Assembly: GCF_006345805.1 (NCBI RefSeq)
Contig: NC_043002.1
Coordinates: 72,230,001 to 72,294,000, forward strand
DNA length: 64,000 bases
Reading direction: 5' to 3'
DNA from: Octopus sinensis
Lineage: Eukaryota
Under the pieces are notes generated by a model that worked only from the letters and a program-made list of their open reading frames with translations, was not told the origin of the DNA and made no database searches. Position 1 is the stretch's first letter. Each line of letters starts with the position of its first letter. Positions 38,593-52,869 of this stretch are shown in pieces. The position numbers and the translations under genes are program-made.

Positions 38593-38780
38593 AACGGGAA
38601 GGTTTACGAAAATAAACAAAAGACGAAGGCATGTGGAGTACAAACAAACAATGTATTAGTATGGCGCTCAGGAATAGAAATAAAACAAGTCTTTTACGTT
38701 TCGAGCCTACGCTCTTCGACAGAAAGATACACAGAAAAGAAACAAGGAGAAAAAAAATTGCGTGTAGGGGCTAACGATCC
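38593..38780 (-). mobile_element. Solo PLE terminal repeat, same family as 12681-12900
   Basis: Near-identical to 12681-12880 (acgggaag...aaaagacgaaggca...acgtttcgagcctacgctcttc); flanked by (TA)n and (ACAT)n. Confidence 0.8.
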
Positions 38781-38801
38781 AAAAGGACATACATACATAC
38801 A

Positions 38802-38832
<31 letters not shown>

Positions 38833-39619
38833 TCGGTTTAAATTTAACGAGCTGCAGCGCGGAATTTTGTGAGTGAACAGGTCGCGGTCTCAAAGCGACG
38901 AAAATTTTGTGTTTCTTAAATGGCTTATAAACACCTTCCACGCTGCAATTGTTTTCGTTCCAGCACACGATCTCAGATCAGGCCACATGCTATGCAAGTA
39001 CATCTCCGTAATAAAAAAAAATCTATTTTCATAAATATAAAACTGGGTCTGTCCCTGGACTACACAGTGCTGCGAGTCGTATCTTTAACTTCCGTTTTAC
39101 ACGCATTCTGATTGTTTATTCAAACCCATAAATGGCTGCACAATCATATTCTTCCAAGTCATTCAATATTGAAATTTATTCATGTGTTTTATGATTTTTT
39201 AGTGTACCACATGAAGATTAAAATTGTGAACCTTAAATTTCAAATTAACACTTTCTAATTTTAAATTCCGTGCGTATGATTGCTTTTTTAATGATAGAAA
39301 TATGCAAATATGAAGGATATTTTGAAGTGTGTTATAAGCTTATTCAAGTCCGTATGACCAATAAATGATAATTTCTTGAAATGCATTGTAATGTAAAAGT
39401 CGCGGCATATCAGCCGAAGAACTTTAAAAAAACAAAAAAGGAAAATATTTCACTGACACGATATACCGAAATAACATACTAATTTTGTCTCATTCGACAA
39501 AAGCATGACATTATATAACATTCAAATGTAAATATGCATAAAACATAATATATAACACATAATATTTGTTTATGTATGTATGTATGTATGTATGTATGTA
39601 TGTATGTATGTATGTATGT

Positions 39620-39679
<60 letters not shown>

Positions 39680-39681
<2 letters not shown>

Positions 39682-39930
39682 TTCTTTATTGGCCACGCAG
39701 AGCTGAACACAGAAGGGACAAAATACAAGGTAGAGCTTTTCTTTTGGAGAAGAAGAGGGGAAAAAAGGTCGAATTCCGATCAAAAGGGATCGTGAAAAAA
39801 AAAAGTGGGGCCGATCAATAGGGATCGTGTATCACAGAAATGTCAATGTAAATAGGGAAAACCGATTAGGTTTGTCCGTGGATAGAAAAGCCTACGGAAA
39901 AGACCACGGGAACCTTGGGCAACAGTGTCA
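39680..39930 (-). mobile_element. LINE-like 3' end with AATAAA and (TATC)n tail
   Basis: Minus strand ...aagctctaccttgtatttgtcccttctgtgttcagctctgcgtggccaataaagaaat then (ctat)n; second copy at 59811-59880. Confidence 0.55.
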
Positions 39931-41119
39931 TGCAAAAAGAAAACATATTACGTAAGTGGCTCTCTTTTTCCCTTCGTTTTTTTTCCCTTTTGGTTCATAG
40001 GGAAAAGAAAGAGAGAGAGATCCATTTGTATGTACACGAATACATATACATAAATTTTGTGCATTTGTATGTGTGCCTTTGTTTTGTGTGATGTAATAGA
40101 ACCTGCGTAAACTCGACAATTACCTCCCAAGTCATCTTAAAGTATAACTTATACCTAATCTCAACAAATAATTATTAATAATAATACATACTTTGGGGTT
40201 GTAGCATTAGTGTCTTGTCCGAAAAAAATAATGGAAAAGAAATATCTTTATCAAATTACCCACATCAGTAAGACAAAGATTTATAGTTCTCTCTCACGGG
40301 GATAAAATTTGATCTATTTTATTCCACTTCACCAAGAAGTCTAAAGAATGTACTTTGCTCTGGCCTGTTAGCATACAACACATTGGAATAAATACAAACT
40401 GAACCGACTTGTCAGACGCACCGAAACGGTTGGTGTTATATCAACCGCGTTAAAATTAACTTCGTGAATACCTCGTAAATTGTTTAACGAGAATCTTAGG
40501 GACAATCACAACAAGATTTAATGAGATTCTTAAGGACATTAACTTTCTTACACAGAGATTAACATGACCGCCACAAATGATATCTTAATTCATTTTCATC
40601 GAAGTAGAACTCACATAAGACTTCAATACCTAATTATGGAATATTATACATAAACTGGGGTTTATGACACTGATCTCTTGTGAGAAATTAAATAGATAAG
40701 TATTTCGATGAATCACCTAAAAGAAAATATGATCGGTACTACATCAAATGTTTACCGTTATTTCTCGCGACAAATGTGTGTGCTCATAAATAGATACACA
40801 CACGCACACACACAGTCTAGATTAAAGGATATCCATAAAAGATTAAGGCATATCAAAGTGAAGCACGCCTCAAATCGGCTCGACAGAATAAAGCAAATAA
40901 GACTTAACTAATCCATTATCTTAGCACAACGTACATCGAAGAGGGAAGTTCACTATTGTTCCACAATCCACAAATACAGTCGTACCCAAAAGTATCCAGA
41001 ATTATCCAACCATGAATGGAAACTTGAGCGTAGCGTAAAAACAATAAAACAGACGAATGGATTAGTTGGTATTGCTACAATTATTTCATTCGGTGTATTT
41101 ACTGTGTAATAAGCACGAT

Positions 41120-41495
41120 CCTTTCTACTATAGGCAAAAGGCCGGAAATTTTGAGTGGGGAGCCAGTCGATTATATCGATCCCTAACGACCTCGAAAGGA
41201 TGAATGGCAAAGTCAACCTCGGCGGAATTTGAACTCAGAACGGAGCGGCAGACGAAATACCTATTTCTTTACTACCCACAAGGGGCTAAACACAGAGGGG
41301 ACAAACAAAGACAGACAAACGGGTCAAGTCGATTACATCGACCCCAGTGCGTAACTGGTACTTAATTTATCGACCCCCGAAATGATGAAAGGCAAAGTCG
41401 ACCTCGACGGAATTTGAACTCAAAACGTAGCGGCAGCCGAAATACGGCTACGCATTTCGCCTGGCGTGCTAACGTTTCTGCCAGCTCGCCGCCTT
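41120..41495 (-). mobile_element. SINE family B dimer
   Basis: Head at 41495, one full unit, then a terminal unit with the alternative tail. Confidence 0.85.
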
Positions 41496-42033
41496 GTGAC
41501 ATAAACATAACAGAATTGGTTAGATTCTCTCGGATTTATGGTTGGCTGAATCTCCATTAGATTATGCTAATGTTCTATTAATTCGGAAGACTTTTATCAA
41601 GTTTAGTCGAGTGAATGAAAAATGAAGGCTGACTGTAATATAGTACAATAAATGGTTTTTAGAGCAACGTCGGCAACTGCATTTGATACGGTCAAATGTT
41701 TTACTTGGCATCTAATATCTGCTGTATTCAAGAATGTTCTGCCACTATTGCCCTTTGGAGACGAGGTCACTAGGCTTATTAACACCTTTAGGTTATTAAC
41801 ACCTTTAACTCCTTATATTTATTCCTTATATTTACAACCATATTCAGCTATCCACCCCTCGAGACAAGTCCAAGTTATATTTATCAGCTATTGGCAATTC
41901 TAATTTAAAATTTCACTTGTTGATCTGTTCAGTAACCAAGACAATATTTTTTGGTTTTATTTGGTAGCATGATGCGTTGGGAGTTACGCGACATATTACG
42001 CAATCTAACCAATTGTATTATGCTTCTATCAAC

Positions 42034-42605
42034 AGGGCAGCCAGCTGGCAAAAACGTTAGCACGCCGGGCGAAATGCTTAGCAGTATATCATCTGCCGTT
42101 ACGTTCTGAGTTCAGATTCCGCCGAGGTCGACTTTGCCTTTCATCCTTTCGGGGTCGATCAAATAATTACCAGTTATGCAGTGGGAACGATATAATCGAC
42201 TTAATCTGTTTGTCTGTCCTTGTTTGCCTGTCAGTGTTTGGCCCCTTGTGGGTAGTAAAGAAATAGGTATTTCGTCTGCCGCTAGGTTCTGAGTTCAAAT
42301 TCCGCCTAGGTCAACTTTGCCTTTCATCCTTTCGTGGTCGATTAAATAAGTACCAGTTACGCACTGGGGTCGATAATCCGTTTGTCTATCTTTGTTTGTC
42401 CCCTTTGTGTGTTGCCACTTTTGGGCAGTAAAGAAACAGGTATTTCGTCTGTCTTTACGTTGAGAGTTCAAATTCCGCCGAGGTCGACTTTGCATTTCAA
42501 CCTTTTGGGGTCGATAAATTAAGTACCATTTGCGTACTGGAATCGATCTAATCGAATGGCCCCCTCCCCCAAAACTTTCGGGCCTTGTGCCTAGAGTAGA
42601 AAAGA
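42034..42605 (+). mobile_element. SINE family B trimer
   Basis: Units start at 42084, 42267 and 42440; ends gggccttgtgcctagagtagaaaaga. Confidence 0.85.
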
Positions 42606-43471
42606 CTATGCTTTTAGTACAATAGACTTCTAGTGAAACAACTGTAGCAATGCCAGATAACTCATTCGTCTATTTTTTATTGTGTGTGTGTGTGTATGTA
42701 TGTGTACAAATGTATTTGGAGATGAAAATTTATATCAATGTATATGGATAAATGAATATATACATGAATATGTAAATGTAAATATATCAATTAAGATACA
42801 TATATTGATATATACACACACACACACACGCACACACACACACACACACATATATATAATATATATATATACATATATACACATATATGGGTGGCTGGTT
42901 GGAGAAAGAGATAAATATAAAAATTTATACATATTTATATTGATGTTATAATAATATTATGCAAAGTTATACACAGAGAGAGAGGCGGGGAGAGAGAGAT
43001 AGATAGATAATTATGATAAATATTTAGAAATATATATCGATATATTGATATATTGAAATATATATGTATATATATACATACACACATAATTGAAGATATA
43101 TAAATGAGTAAATATATGTATGTGCGTGTATGTGTGTATATATATAATACGTCATATATGTGATACGTACATGCACAAACACATATAATACATGCATATA
43201 TACATACACAAGCATACATACATAGATACATTCATACATACACACATACATACATACATACATACATACATACATACATACATACATACATACATACATA
43301 CATACATACATACATACATACATGGTCAGGGACATGACCAAACATCTCCGTATTTTGAGTTCCTACATTTGAATGAAATCTAATATTTTTCTGTCGATAA
43401 AATATTATTCTGCTTCGAATAATGTTTTTTCCTTCTATTCAAATCAAAATTTAACATTCGCATAAAGAATG

Positions 43472-44026
43472 AGGCGGCGAGCTGGCTGAATCGTTAGCAC
43501 GCCGGGCGAAATGCTTAGCAGTATTTCGTCTGCCGAGGTCGACATTGCCTTTCATCTTTTCGGGGTCGATTAAATAAGTACCAGTTACGCACTGGGGTCG
43601 ATATAATCGACTTAATCCGTTTGTCTGTCCTTGTTTGTCCCGTCAGTGTTTAGCCCCTTGTGGGTAGTAAAGAAATAGGTATTTCGTCTGTTTTTTCCGC
43701 TCTGCGTTCAAATTCCGCCGAGGTCGACTTTGCTTTTCATCCTTTCGGGGTCGATTAAATAAGTACCAGTTACGCACTGGGGTCGATATAATCGACTTAA
43801 TCCGTTTTCCTGTCCTTGTTCATCCTCTCTGTGTTTAGCCCCTTGTGTGTACTAAAGAAATAGGCATTTCGTCTGCCGTTACGTTCTGAGTTCAAATTCC
43901 GCCGAGGTCGACTTTGCCTTTCATCCTTTCGGGGTCGATAAATTACTTACCAGTTGAGTACAGGATCGACCTAATAGACTGGCCCCCTCCCCCAAAATTT
44001 TGGGCCTTGTGCCTAGAGTAAAAAAG
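43472..44026 (+). mobile_element. SINE family B trimer
   Basis: Units start at 43521, 43679 and 43864; same terminal tail as 42034-42605. Confidence 0.85.
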
Positions 44027-44731
44027 AAAAGAATCGTTACTGCACCGGAAAAATTGCTTAGATACATTTTTTCCGACTGTGCGTCCTGAGTTCAAATTCT
44101 GCCGGGACCAACTTTGTTATTCATCCTTTAGGGATTGATAAAATAAGCACCAGTTGAACACTAGGGTCAATGCAATCGACTTTACCCCCACCCACCAAAA
44201 AAAATTGCTGGCTTTGAAAACCAATATCTCTATAAAGAATAGTGAAAGCGTAGTATTCTGTATAACATTTTGAAAAGTTTTTTTTTTTCTTCTCGCGCTA
44301 TTTATATTAGTCTTAGGGAGTTGAGCTGGCAGAATCGTTAGCACGCCAGACAAAATAACTTAGCGGCATTTCGCCCGTCTATACATTCCTGAGTTCAAAT
44401 TCCGCCGAGGTCGACTTTGCCTTTCATCCTTTCGGGGTCGATAAATTATGTACTAGTGAAACACTGGGGTCGATGTAACAGAAACTTCAAAACTTCGTAG
44501 CTGAAAGTTCTAGTTTTCTAAACATCGAACAAGTTTTGAAGAATGCAACCGGAAAACCTTTACTATAGACGTACGACATAAGGAAAGACAGCGAGAAAGC
44601 TTTTGATTGGCTATAGGCGAAAAGATACGCAAAAGTAAGGGTCGAAATCCATCCGGGATTCGAAACTACAATCTTAGGATCTTGTGTCTAACAGTTTAAC
44701 CACTAAGCCCACGTGCTTCCATACGAAAGAA

Positions 44732-44771
<40 letters not shown>

Positions 44772-45423
44772 ATAGGAGAAAGTAAGGGTGCTAGGAATAA
44801 CAAAAAAGCCGAGCAAAAATATTTGTGAATTTTATCTTCTTTAAAATGCTACAGCAATTCATTCATAAAAATTCATGGAGATTTCACCATCCATCACGCA
44901 TCGTAAGAAAGCGCAAAGGCATAAAAAAAAAAGAGAACGAAAAAGAGGGAAATATTATCGAGAAGAGAAAAAGAACAAAAAGAGTGGGGGGGGGGATGAC
45001 AATAGACAGTAAATAAGGAAGGTAAGAAAGTGGAAGAAAAGAAGATAACAGAGCAAGAATACAGAAAGGAAGGAAGTTTCAAATGCAACAGATATATAAT
45101 TATATTTCAAGTATTGAGAACCCTAATTCTTTACATGCTTGCGCGCACATGGATACACACGCGCACAAGCGCACCTAATACTCTCACACACACACACACA
45201 CACATACATTTATGTATGTATACCACAAAATCCGGTTTACAGACATTGTTTTAAAGTTATAAAAAGAAAGAGGATAGACTTATGGGCAAGGCTTGGGGTA
45301 ATCATGTGCAACAGAGTTTTTAACAATAACTGTGCACCGCGTACCGGAGTCATACAAAATTTCAACAAGTATCTAAAAGTAAAGAAGAACATCGGTGAAC
45401 CTTAATTAATATATAGACTACCC

Positions 45424-45637
45424 TCTTTTTTACTCTTTTACTTGTTTCAATCATTTGACTGAGGCTGTGCTGGAGCGCCGCCTTAAAGGGTTTTAGTCGT
45501 AGAAATCGACCCCAGGACTTATTCTTTGTAATCCTACTATTTATCCTATCGGTTTCTTTTACCGAACCGCTAAGTTACGGGGACATAAACACACCAGCAT
45601 CGGTTGTCAAGTGATGGTGGAGGGATAAACACACACA

Positions 45638-45669
<32 letters not shown>

Positions 45670-45832
45670 GACATATATATATGACGAGTTTCTTTCAGTT
45701 TCCGTCTACCAAACCCAGTCACAAAGCTTTGGTCGGTCCGAGGCTTTAGTAGAAGACACTTGCTCAAGGTGCCACGCAATGGAATTGAACCATGTGGTTG
45801 GAAAGCAAACTTCCTACCACACACCCACGCCT
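45424..45832 (-). mobile_element. SINE family A
   Basis: Reverse complement of the family A consensus. Confidence 0.8.
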
Positions 45833-45934
45833 GCTACCGTTCAAATAATACATATATATATATGTTCCCGAACAACACTTACTTTACTGCTGTCGAGATT
45901 GCCCGGATTGAATGTTACTGCCCAGGTGTCGAAA

Positions 45935-45974
<40 letters not shown>

Positions 45975-46267
45975 TATATATAAGGACCAAAATAGCTAGT
46001 TCTAAAATCTCTAAGCAAGATATAAGTGGTGGCATTACTAGATAGTAACGTTTTTTGGGCCGCTATGACATAACTATAAAAAAAACTGTTACATTTTAAC
46101 CTCAGCAAATCGTCTTTTCCGGCTGGCTAACGACACGCGATTTGTATCCAATATATTGTGAGTAAGAGAGCAAATCACTCCCCTCTAGAGGTCGTTTTAC
46201 TAGGGTTAAAATGTAGTAACATAGTTCTTTATAGAACAGCTATTTTATAGTGGTAAAAAACGTTACC

Positions 46268-46335
<68 letters not shown>

Positions 46336-46375
46336 TATATATTGGAAGGTTTGGAGATGCTGTGCAGATATTATA

Positions 46376-46668
46376 TATTAGAATAAATGAGGTAATCAGA
46401 AGATCGGATGGTTTATATTTACAGATATTTACTTATATATTACATTTTTTACATATATATCATATCACTTAGATCATTAGCGCCTTCTCCCATTCTAGTG
46501 GGGTTTTCAAATCAAAATAAGGACCATTATTTTGATTTGAAAACCCCACTAGAATGGGAGAAAGCGCTAATGATCTAAGTGATATGATATATATGTGAAA
46601 AAATGTAATATATAAATAAATATCTGTAAATATAAACCATCCGATCTTCTGATTACCTCATTTCTTCT

Positions 46669-46672
<4 letters not shown>
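46376..46672. repeat. Long inverted repeat (~145-bp arms, 6-bp spacer)
   Basis: Centre atcaaaataa-ggacca-ttattttgat at 46511-46536; a few mismatches between arms. Confidence 0.95.
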
Positions 46673-46701
<29 letters not shown>

Positions 46702-46794
46702 TATACAGGTTATGAGAGGTAATGGTGTCAGTAAGACCCAAGGTGTCAAGTAATGCTGTGTAAGTGCTTTGGATAGACCATTGCTAAGCTTATA

Positions 46795-46825
<31 letters not shown>

Positions 46826-48444
46826 GGTAAGTTGCTTAATGTCGAAAGAGTACTCAATACATGAAAAGAAAAGTCAACTTCAGTGGAATTTGAGCTCAGA
46901 ACCTAATGGTAAAGAGGAAAAGATGCCGCTTTACATTTCTTCTGATACATTGATTCTGCCAGCTCACCACCTCATATTTGCGAGATAATGGTTTCATATT
47001 TTGGTACCGGACCAACAGTTTTTCAGGGGAGGAGGAAGTAGATTACATCAACCCCAGTACTTGACTGATATGTTATCTTTATTGAAACAGAAGCAAAGTG
47101 TTTGTCTCGCTCGCAGCTCAAGTTTCATGCTACTGCGATCTCCAGTGTGATCGCAATGGACTGAAAGCCGTTTCAGTTTCAATAATGCATATATACATAC
47201 ATATATACATACAAGGGTGTGTGTGTGTGTGTACTGCTAACATGATAGCTCACACTGTTTCCAACAACTGATACACCAGTAGTAAACGCTGACCACAACA
47301 CCACGTGCGAACCGTTAGACAATTGCAATATGCGTGTTGTCTGAGGAATTTCGTGATAGGATAGTAATGAATTCACAGGAATACAAGTATTTATGATGAA
47401 TGGCTGTCACGGAAAATAATATTTACCATAAAATTTAGTTAATGTGCAAGATTTGCATGTTTCGTTTGTGGCTAGTGTACCGTAATTCTGACCTGCAGAT
47501 AATCATGACCTACACTTTACACTATGGGCAAAATGGCAGTTAAATGATAAATAACAGTATTCTATTGAATATCCAGACATTCTGACATTGTTATTGCACA
47601 TTCTTGTACAGTTCCTCAAATAAATGTGGCTTGGAAGCCATGTTACTGACAATTAAAAGTTTAGATAAGATACGGCAATTTCGAAAACCTTAACTCCTAT
47701 ATCATAAATCTAAACTCCAAAGTTAATGATACCAAAGATTCATATTTTCTAGATAATAGTTTCAAATTTTGATACAAAGCCAACGATTCTGAGAGGAGGG
47801 ATTAACCGGTACCATCGACTCCACTACTTGACTGGTACTTTATTTTGTCGATCCTGTAAGAATGAAGAGCAAAGTCAACTTCAGTGGAATTAGAACGTAA
47901 TGGTAAAGAGGAAGAAATGAGGCTTTGTATTATCTGATATACTAATGATTCAACCAGCTCGCCAAGTATATTTGTGAGATAATGGTTTCATATTTTTGTA
48001 CCGGACCAACAGTTTTTCAAGGGAGGAAGAAGTAGATTACATCAACCCCAGTACTTGACTGCTACTTATTTTATCGGCCCCGAAAGAACGAACGGCAAAG
48101 CCGACCTCGGTGGACTTTGAGCACAAAATGGACGAAATGCCGCTGAGCATTTTTTTCCGGCGCGCTAAGGGTTCTGCTAGCTCACCGGTTTATATTTCCT
48201 AGGGGTAGTAGTTTTTGAGGGGGGAGTCGATTAAATCGACTCCAGTACTTGACTGGTACTTGCTTTATTAACCCCAAAAGGAAGAATGTCGAAAGAATTT
48301 GAACTCGGAACGTAAAGACGGACGTATATCCTCTAAGCTTATTGTCTGACCTGTTAACGGTTCTGCCAGCTCATCAACCTTTATTTCCTAGATAATAGAA
48401 ACACGTATGATTAAACTTTTAAATCCTTCAAAATCTTGTAAATA

Positions 48445-48841
48445 CTTTATTCTTTTATTCTTTTATTTGTTTCAGTCATTTGACTGCGGCCAGGCAAGAG
48501 CACTACCTTTAGTCGAACAAATCGACCCCAGGACTTATTCTTTGTAAGCCTAGTACTTAGTCTATCGGTCTCTTAAGCCGAACCGCTAAGTTACGTGGAC
48601 ATGAACACACCAGCATCGGTCGTCAAGCGATGGTGGGGGGGAGAAATACAGACGCACATACACTACACACATATATACGACAGGCTTCTTTCAGTTTCCG
48701 TCTACCAAATTCACTCACAAGGCTGTGCTTGGCCCGAGGCTATAGTTGAAGACACTTGCCCAAGGTTCCACGCAGTGGGACTGAACCCGGAACCATGTGG
48801 CTGGTAAGCAAGCTACTTACCATACAGCCACTCCTGCGCCT
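48445..48841 (-). mobile_element. SINE family A, full length
   Basis: Reverse complement of the family A consensus. Confidence 0.85.
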
Positions 48842-49489
48842 ATAATACTGTTCATCATTTGGAGTAAAGGAACCTGCAAACAAATCTGAATCAATGGAAA
48901 GTTCCTACTTTCTGGCAATTTTCACATCCTTTCACCAAGTCACTTCCTTACAACAACAAAATGTCTCCTTCCTTATTTCCTTACATTTGAAAATCCTCAT
49001 CTATTTTAATGATTTTACAACACTTTTGACATTAAAGACGGTCGCAGTATTTTATTACAAAGTTACACGATACGTCAAGTCGTGGAACATTCACATGACC
49101 ACCCTTTGTGAATTATTTTTCTCCATCAACCATCCATTTGTTCCATTCCAAAACAAAAAGAAATTCTTATTCTCTTTAAAAGATTAATCTCGGTTTACAT
49201 CGAAAAGCCAAAGTGTATATGTTGTTCTCAATGGAATAACAGCAGTTATTATTTCTTTCTAGATGCTTCCTTACATTGTTTCTTACATGGATGATTTTAA
49301 CATATCCCATGCCAACAAGCTGTTTTTTCTTTTGTTTGTTTGTTTGTGTGTTTGTTTGTTTTCATTTCTTAACGCAGGCGCCTTCCCACACATTCCAATC
49401 CATACATACACTCCAGCTTTTTTCATGTAATTTTGTTTGTTGTTGTTTTTTTTGGGGGGTTTTTTTCATGGACGCCAATAAAAAAAACT

Positions 49490-50100
49490 GGAAGGAACTT
49501 TATATTTGATGTAGTTTTTGTTCAAAAATAAACATTACTTTTAATTTGATTCCGTCTGCAAGGTAACTTAATACAACAGCGAACATAATCTTTTCATGAC
49601 CTAAACTTTTTATTAGAATAGTTTGATTTTTATGCTTCGTGTTTGGATTGTTGTTTCTTTTACTTTTGATGTCAACAGTTTTATTGCTAATCATATTTTT
49701 TTTTTTAAAAAAAGCAATATGTTTTATCCATATTACCGATCTGACAATGTAGCCATATTACTTCTTCAATATAATGATATATCTATAGAAATTTGTGATT
49801 TTTGCTGCTAGGTCTGTCGGGAGTTTGTGCACAATTTTTGTCTTCTGTTACAATACCAAGTCTTTCCTTTTCATAAAGCAAGACCATCAATTTAAAACTC
49901 TCGCTTTGAAGTTTTGCTTTCATTTAGATATATGTTTGCGCCTAGTTAAGGATGTATGTTAATTCAGGTAACACTCTAAATAGTTTGTTACATTTTCTTT
50001 CGTTGACCCAAACTCCTAAGATAATTCGGGTACTTTGTAGATATACTACTGTGTTTTAGTATATTCTAGGTATCTTAAAGAAGTCAGAATAACATTTGGA
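49490..50100 (-). mobile_element. pogo/Tigger-type DNA transposon relic
   Basis: Minus strand reads FKA..CFMKRKDL..KTKIVHKLPTDLAAKITNF..QIGNMDKT (IGNMDET-like)..IKSLGHEKIMFAVVLSYLADGIKL; many stops. Confidence 0.75.
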
Positions 50101-50674
50101 CAATCATCAATGAGTAAGGGTTGGTACGGTGATGCTTTACTACATGCAAAAATAATTTTAGTCGAACAAATCAACCCTAGTATTTATGTTTTTTAACCCT
50201 GAACTTATTCTAGCGTTCTCTTTCGCCTAGCCGCTAAGTTACGGGGACGTAAACACCCCAGCACCAGTCGTCAAATGGTGGTGGGGGACAAACACACACA
50301 CACACACATGTACATGTGAGTGTGTGTGTGTGTGTAAGACGAGGTTCTTTCAGTTTCTGTCTTCCAAATCTGCTCACAAGACTTTGGTGGCTTGAGGCAA
50401 TAGTAGAAGACACTTACCCCAAGATCTCACACTGTGGGACTGAATCCGGAACCTTATGGTTGAGAACCTAACTTCATAATACACAGACACGTGTGTGTGT
50501 GTGCGTGAGCGTATGCGGCTTATTAACACTCGCGCGCGTGTGTGTTTGCATGCATATATCAATGTATATGTATATATAGTTAAAGTTAATCCAAACAAGA
50601 AAGCACAAAAAAAACACAACAACGCACGCACAACACGCACAACACGCACGCACACACAGATATATATATATATT

Positions 50675-51046
50675 TACTAGCAGTATCGCCCGGCGTTGCT
50701 CAGGTTTGTAAGGGAAATAACTATAAAGCATTTTTAGAGAGTTATAGCCAAAAAAATAGCAAAAAAATGGGAAAAAAATGATGGTAATTTTTTTTTTAAT
50801 TAAAAAAGGTGGAGTTGCGTCCCCTAGACAGTTTGTGGTTTGTGTTTATGATTCTCGACCCCATGTCGAATTTATCGATTTTGTTCAGAACTGGGGGAAC
50901 TTTTCAAAATTTTCACTGCGTTAGTTTTGAATTATGACATTGGGCTATGTGCGTGTCAAGTTTCATCAGAATCGGTTGAAAGCCGTGGTCAGGGTGAGGG
51001 TACAAGCAAACAGACACACAGAAACACGCACAGACAAACTGCCGTT

Positions 51047-51050
<4 letters not shown>
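50675..51050 (+). mobile_element. Helentron-associated non-autonomous element (HINE/DINE-1-like)
   Basis: Starts tactagcagtatcgcccggcgttgctc; 3' part aagtttcatcagaatcggttgaa..cagacacacagaaac..tttatatat, as in DINE-1-like elements. Confidence 0.6.
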
Positions 51051-51700
<650 letters not shown>

Positions 51701-52444
51701 ATCTATATACGACAGGGTTCTTTCAATTTCCGTTTACCAAATCAGCCCGAAGTTATAGTAGAAGACAGTTACCCAAGGTGTCAGGCAGTGGGAGTGAACC
51801 TGGAGCCATGTGGTTGGGAAGCAAGTTTCCTACCACACAACCAGTGTGTGTATCTATATACAAGTACTGAGATACAATCATACATTAAGAAATGAGGTGC
51901 AGAAGAAAGATTGCGAAAAGCAGATGTTTGATAAATGTACCAACAACGAAAATATCTCAGCATAACCTAACGTAACTTATTTTCACAGCTTTCAATCCTC
52001 TTCTATCTCTCAACCACCCTTCCAACTTTCTCATGTCCTCAAAATATCAATCCCCTAATTCACCTCTATAAAACCAGAACACAATTAAAGTAGATTGAAA
52101 ACGAAGTGAGAAGATATTTTGGGGTGCAACAGAGAAAAAAATTATTTGCTCATGTGTTATACATTTATTGATTCGGAAAAATCTATCGTTTTTTAATAGA
52201 TCTTAAAGACAGAATAATACTGAATGGAAACGAAAACCAAAAATTAAACATGTAATGTATATTTAGTTTTTCTCTCACAATCGTTCGAGTAAAAATCCAA
52301 TAGACTTGAAATTGCCGCCTTTCTTGCGACAAGTCGGTACATGTTTAGAAAAAGGGACAAACAGATTTAATGAGAGAAAACTGCAGTTAGATTTTAAAGT
52401 AACCTATTCAGACTGACTACAGCTACTACTACTACTACTACTAA

Positions 52445-52493
<49 letters not shown>

Positions 52494-52598
52494 TAATAAT
52501 AATAATATTATACAAGTACTACAATTACTATCGTCACAACCATCAGTACATTTATATTGTGCTCTATACTATAAAAGTAGATGACAACTCTCTCTCTT

Positions 52599-52634
<36 letters not shown>

Positions 52635-52656
52635 TGTCTCTCTTTCTCTGCCTTTT

Positions 52657-52696
<40 letters not shown>

Positions 52697-52798
52697 CATA
52701 TACATATATATATATATATGTATGTATGTATGTATGTATATATATATGTATGTTTGTATGTATGTATGTATATATATATGTATGTATTTATATATATG

Positions 52799-52869
<71 letters not shown>

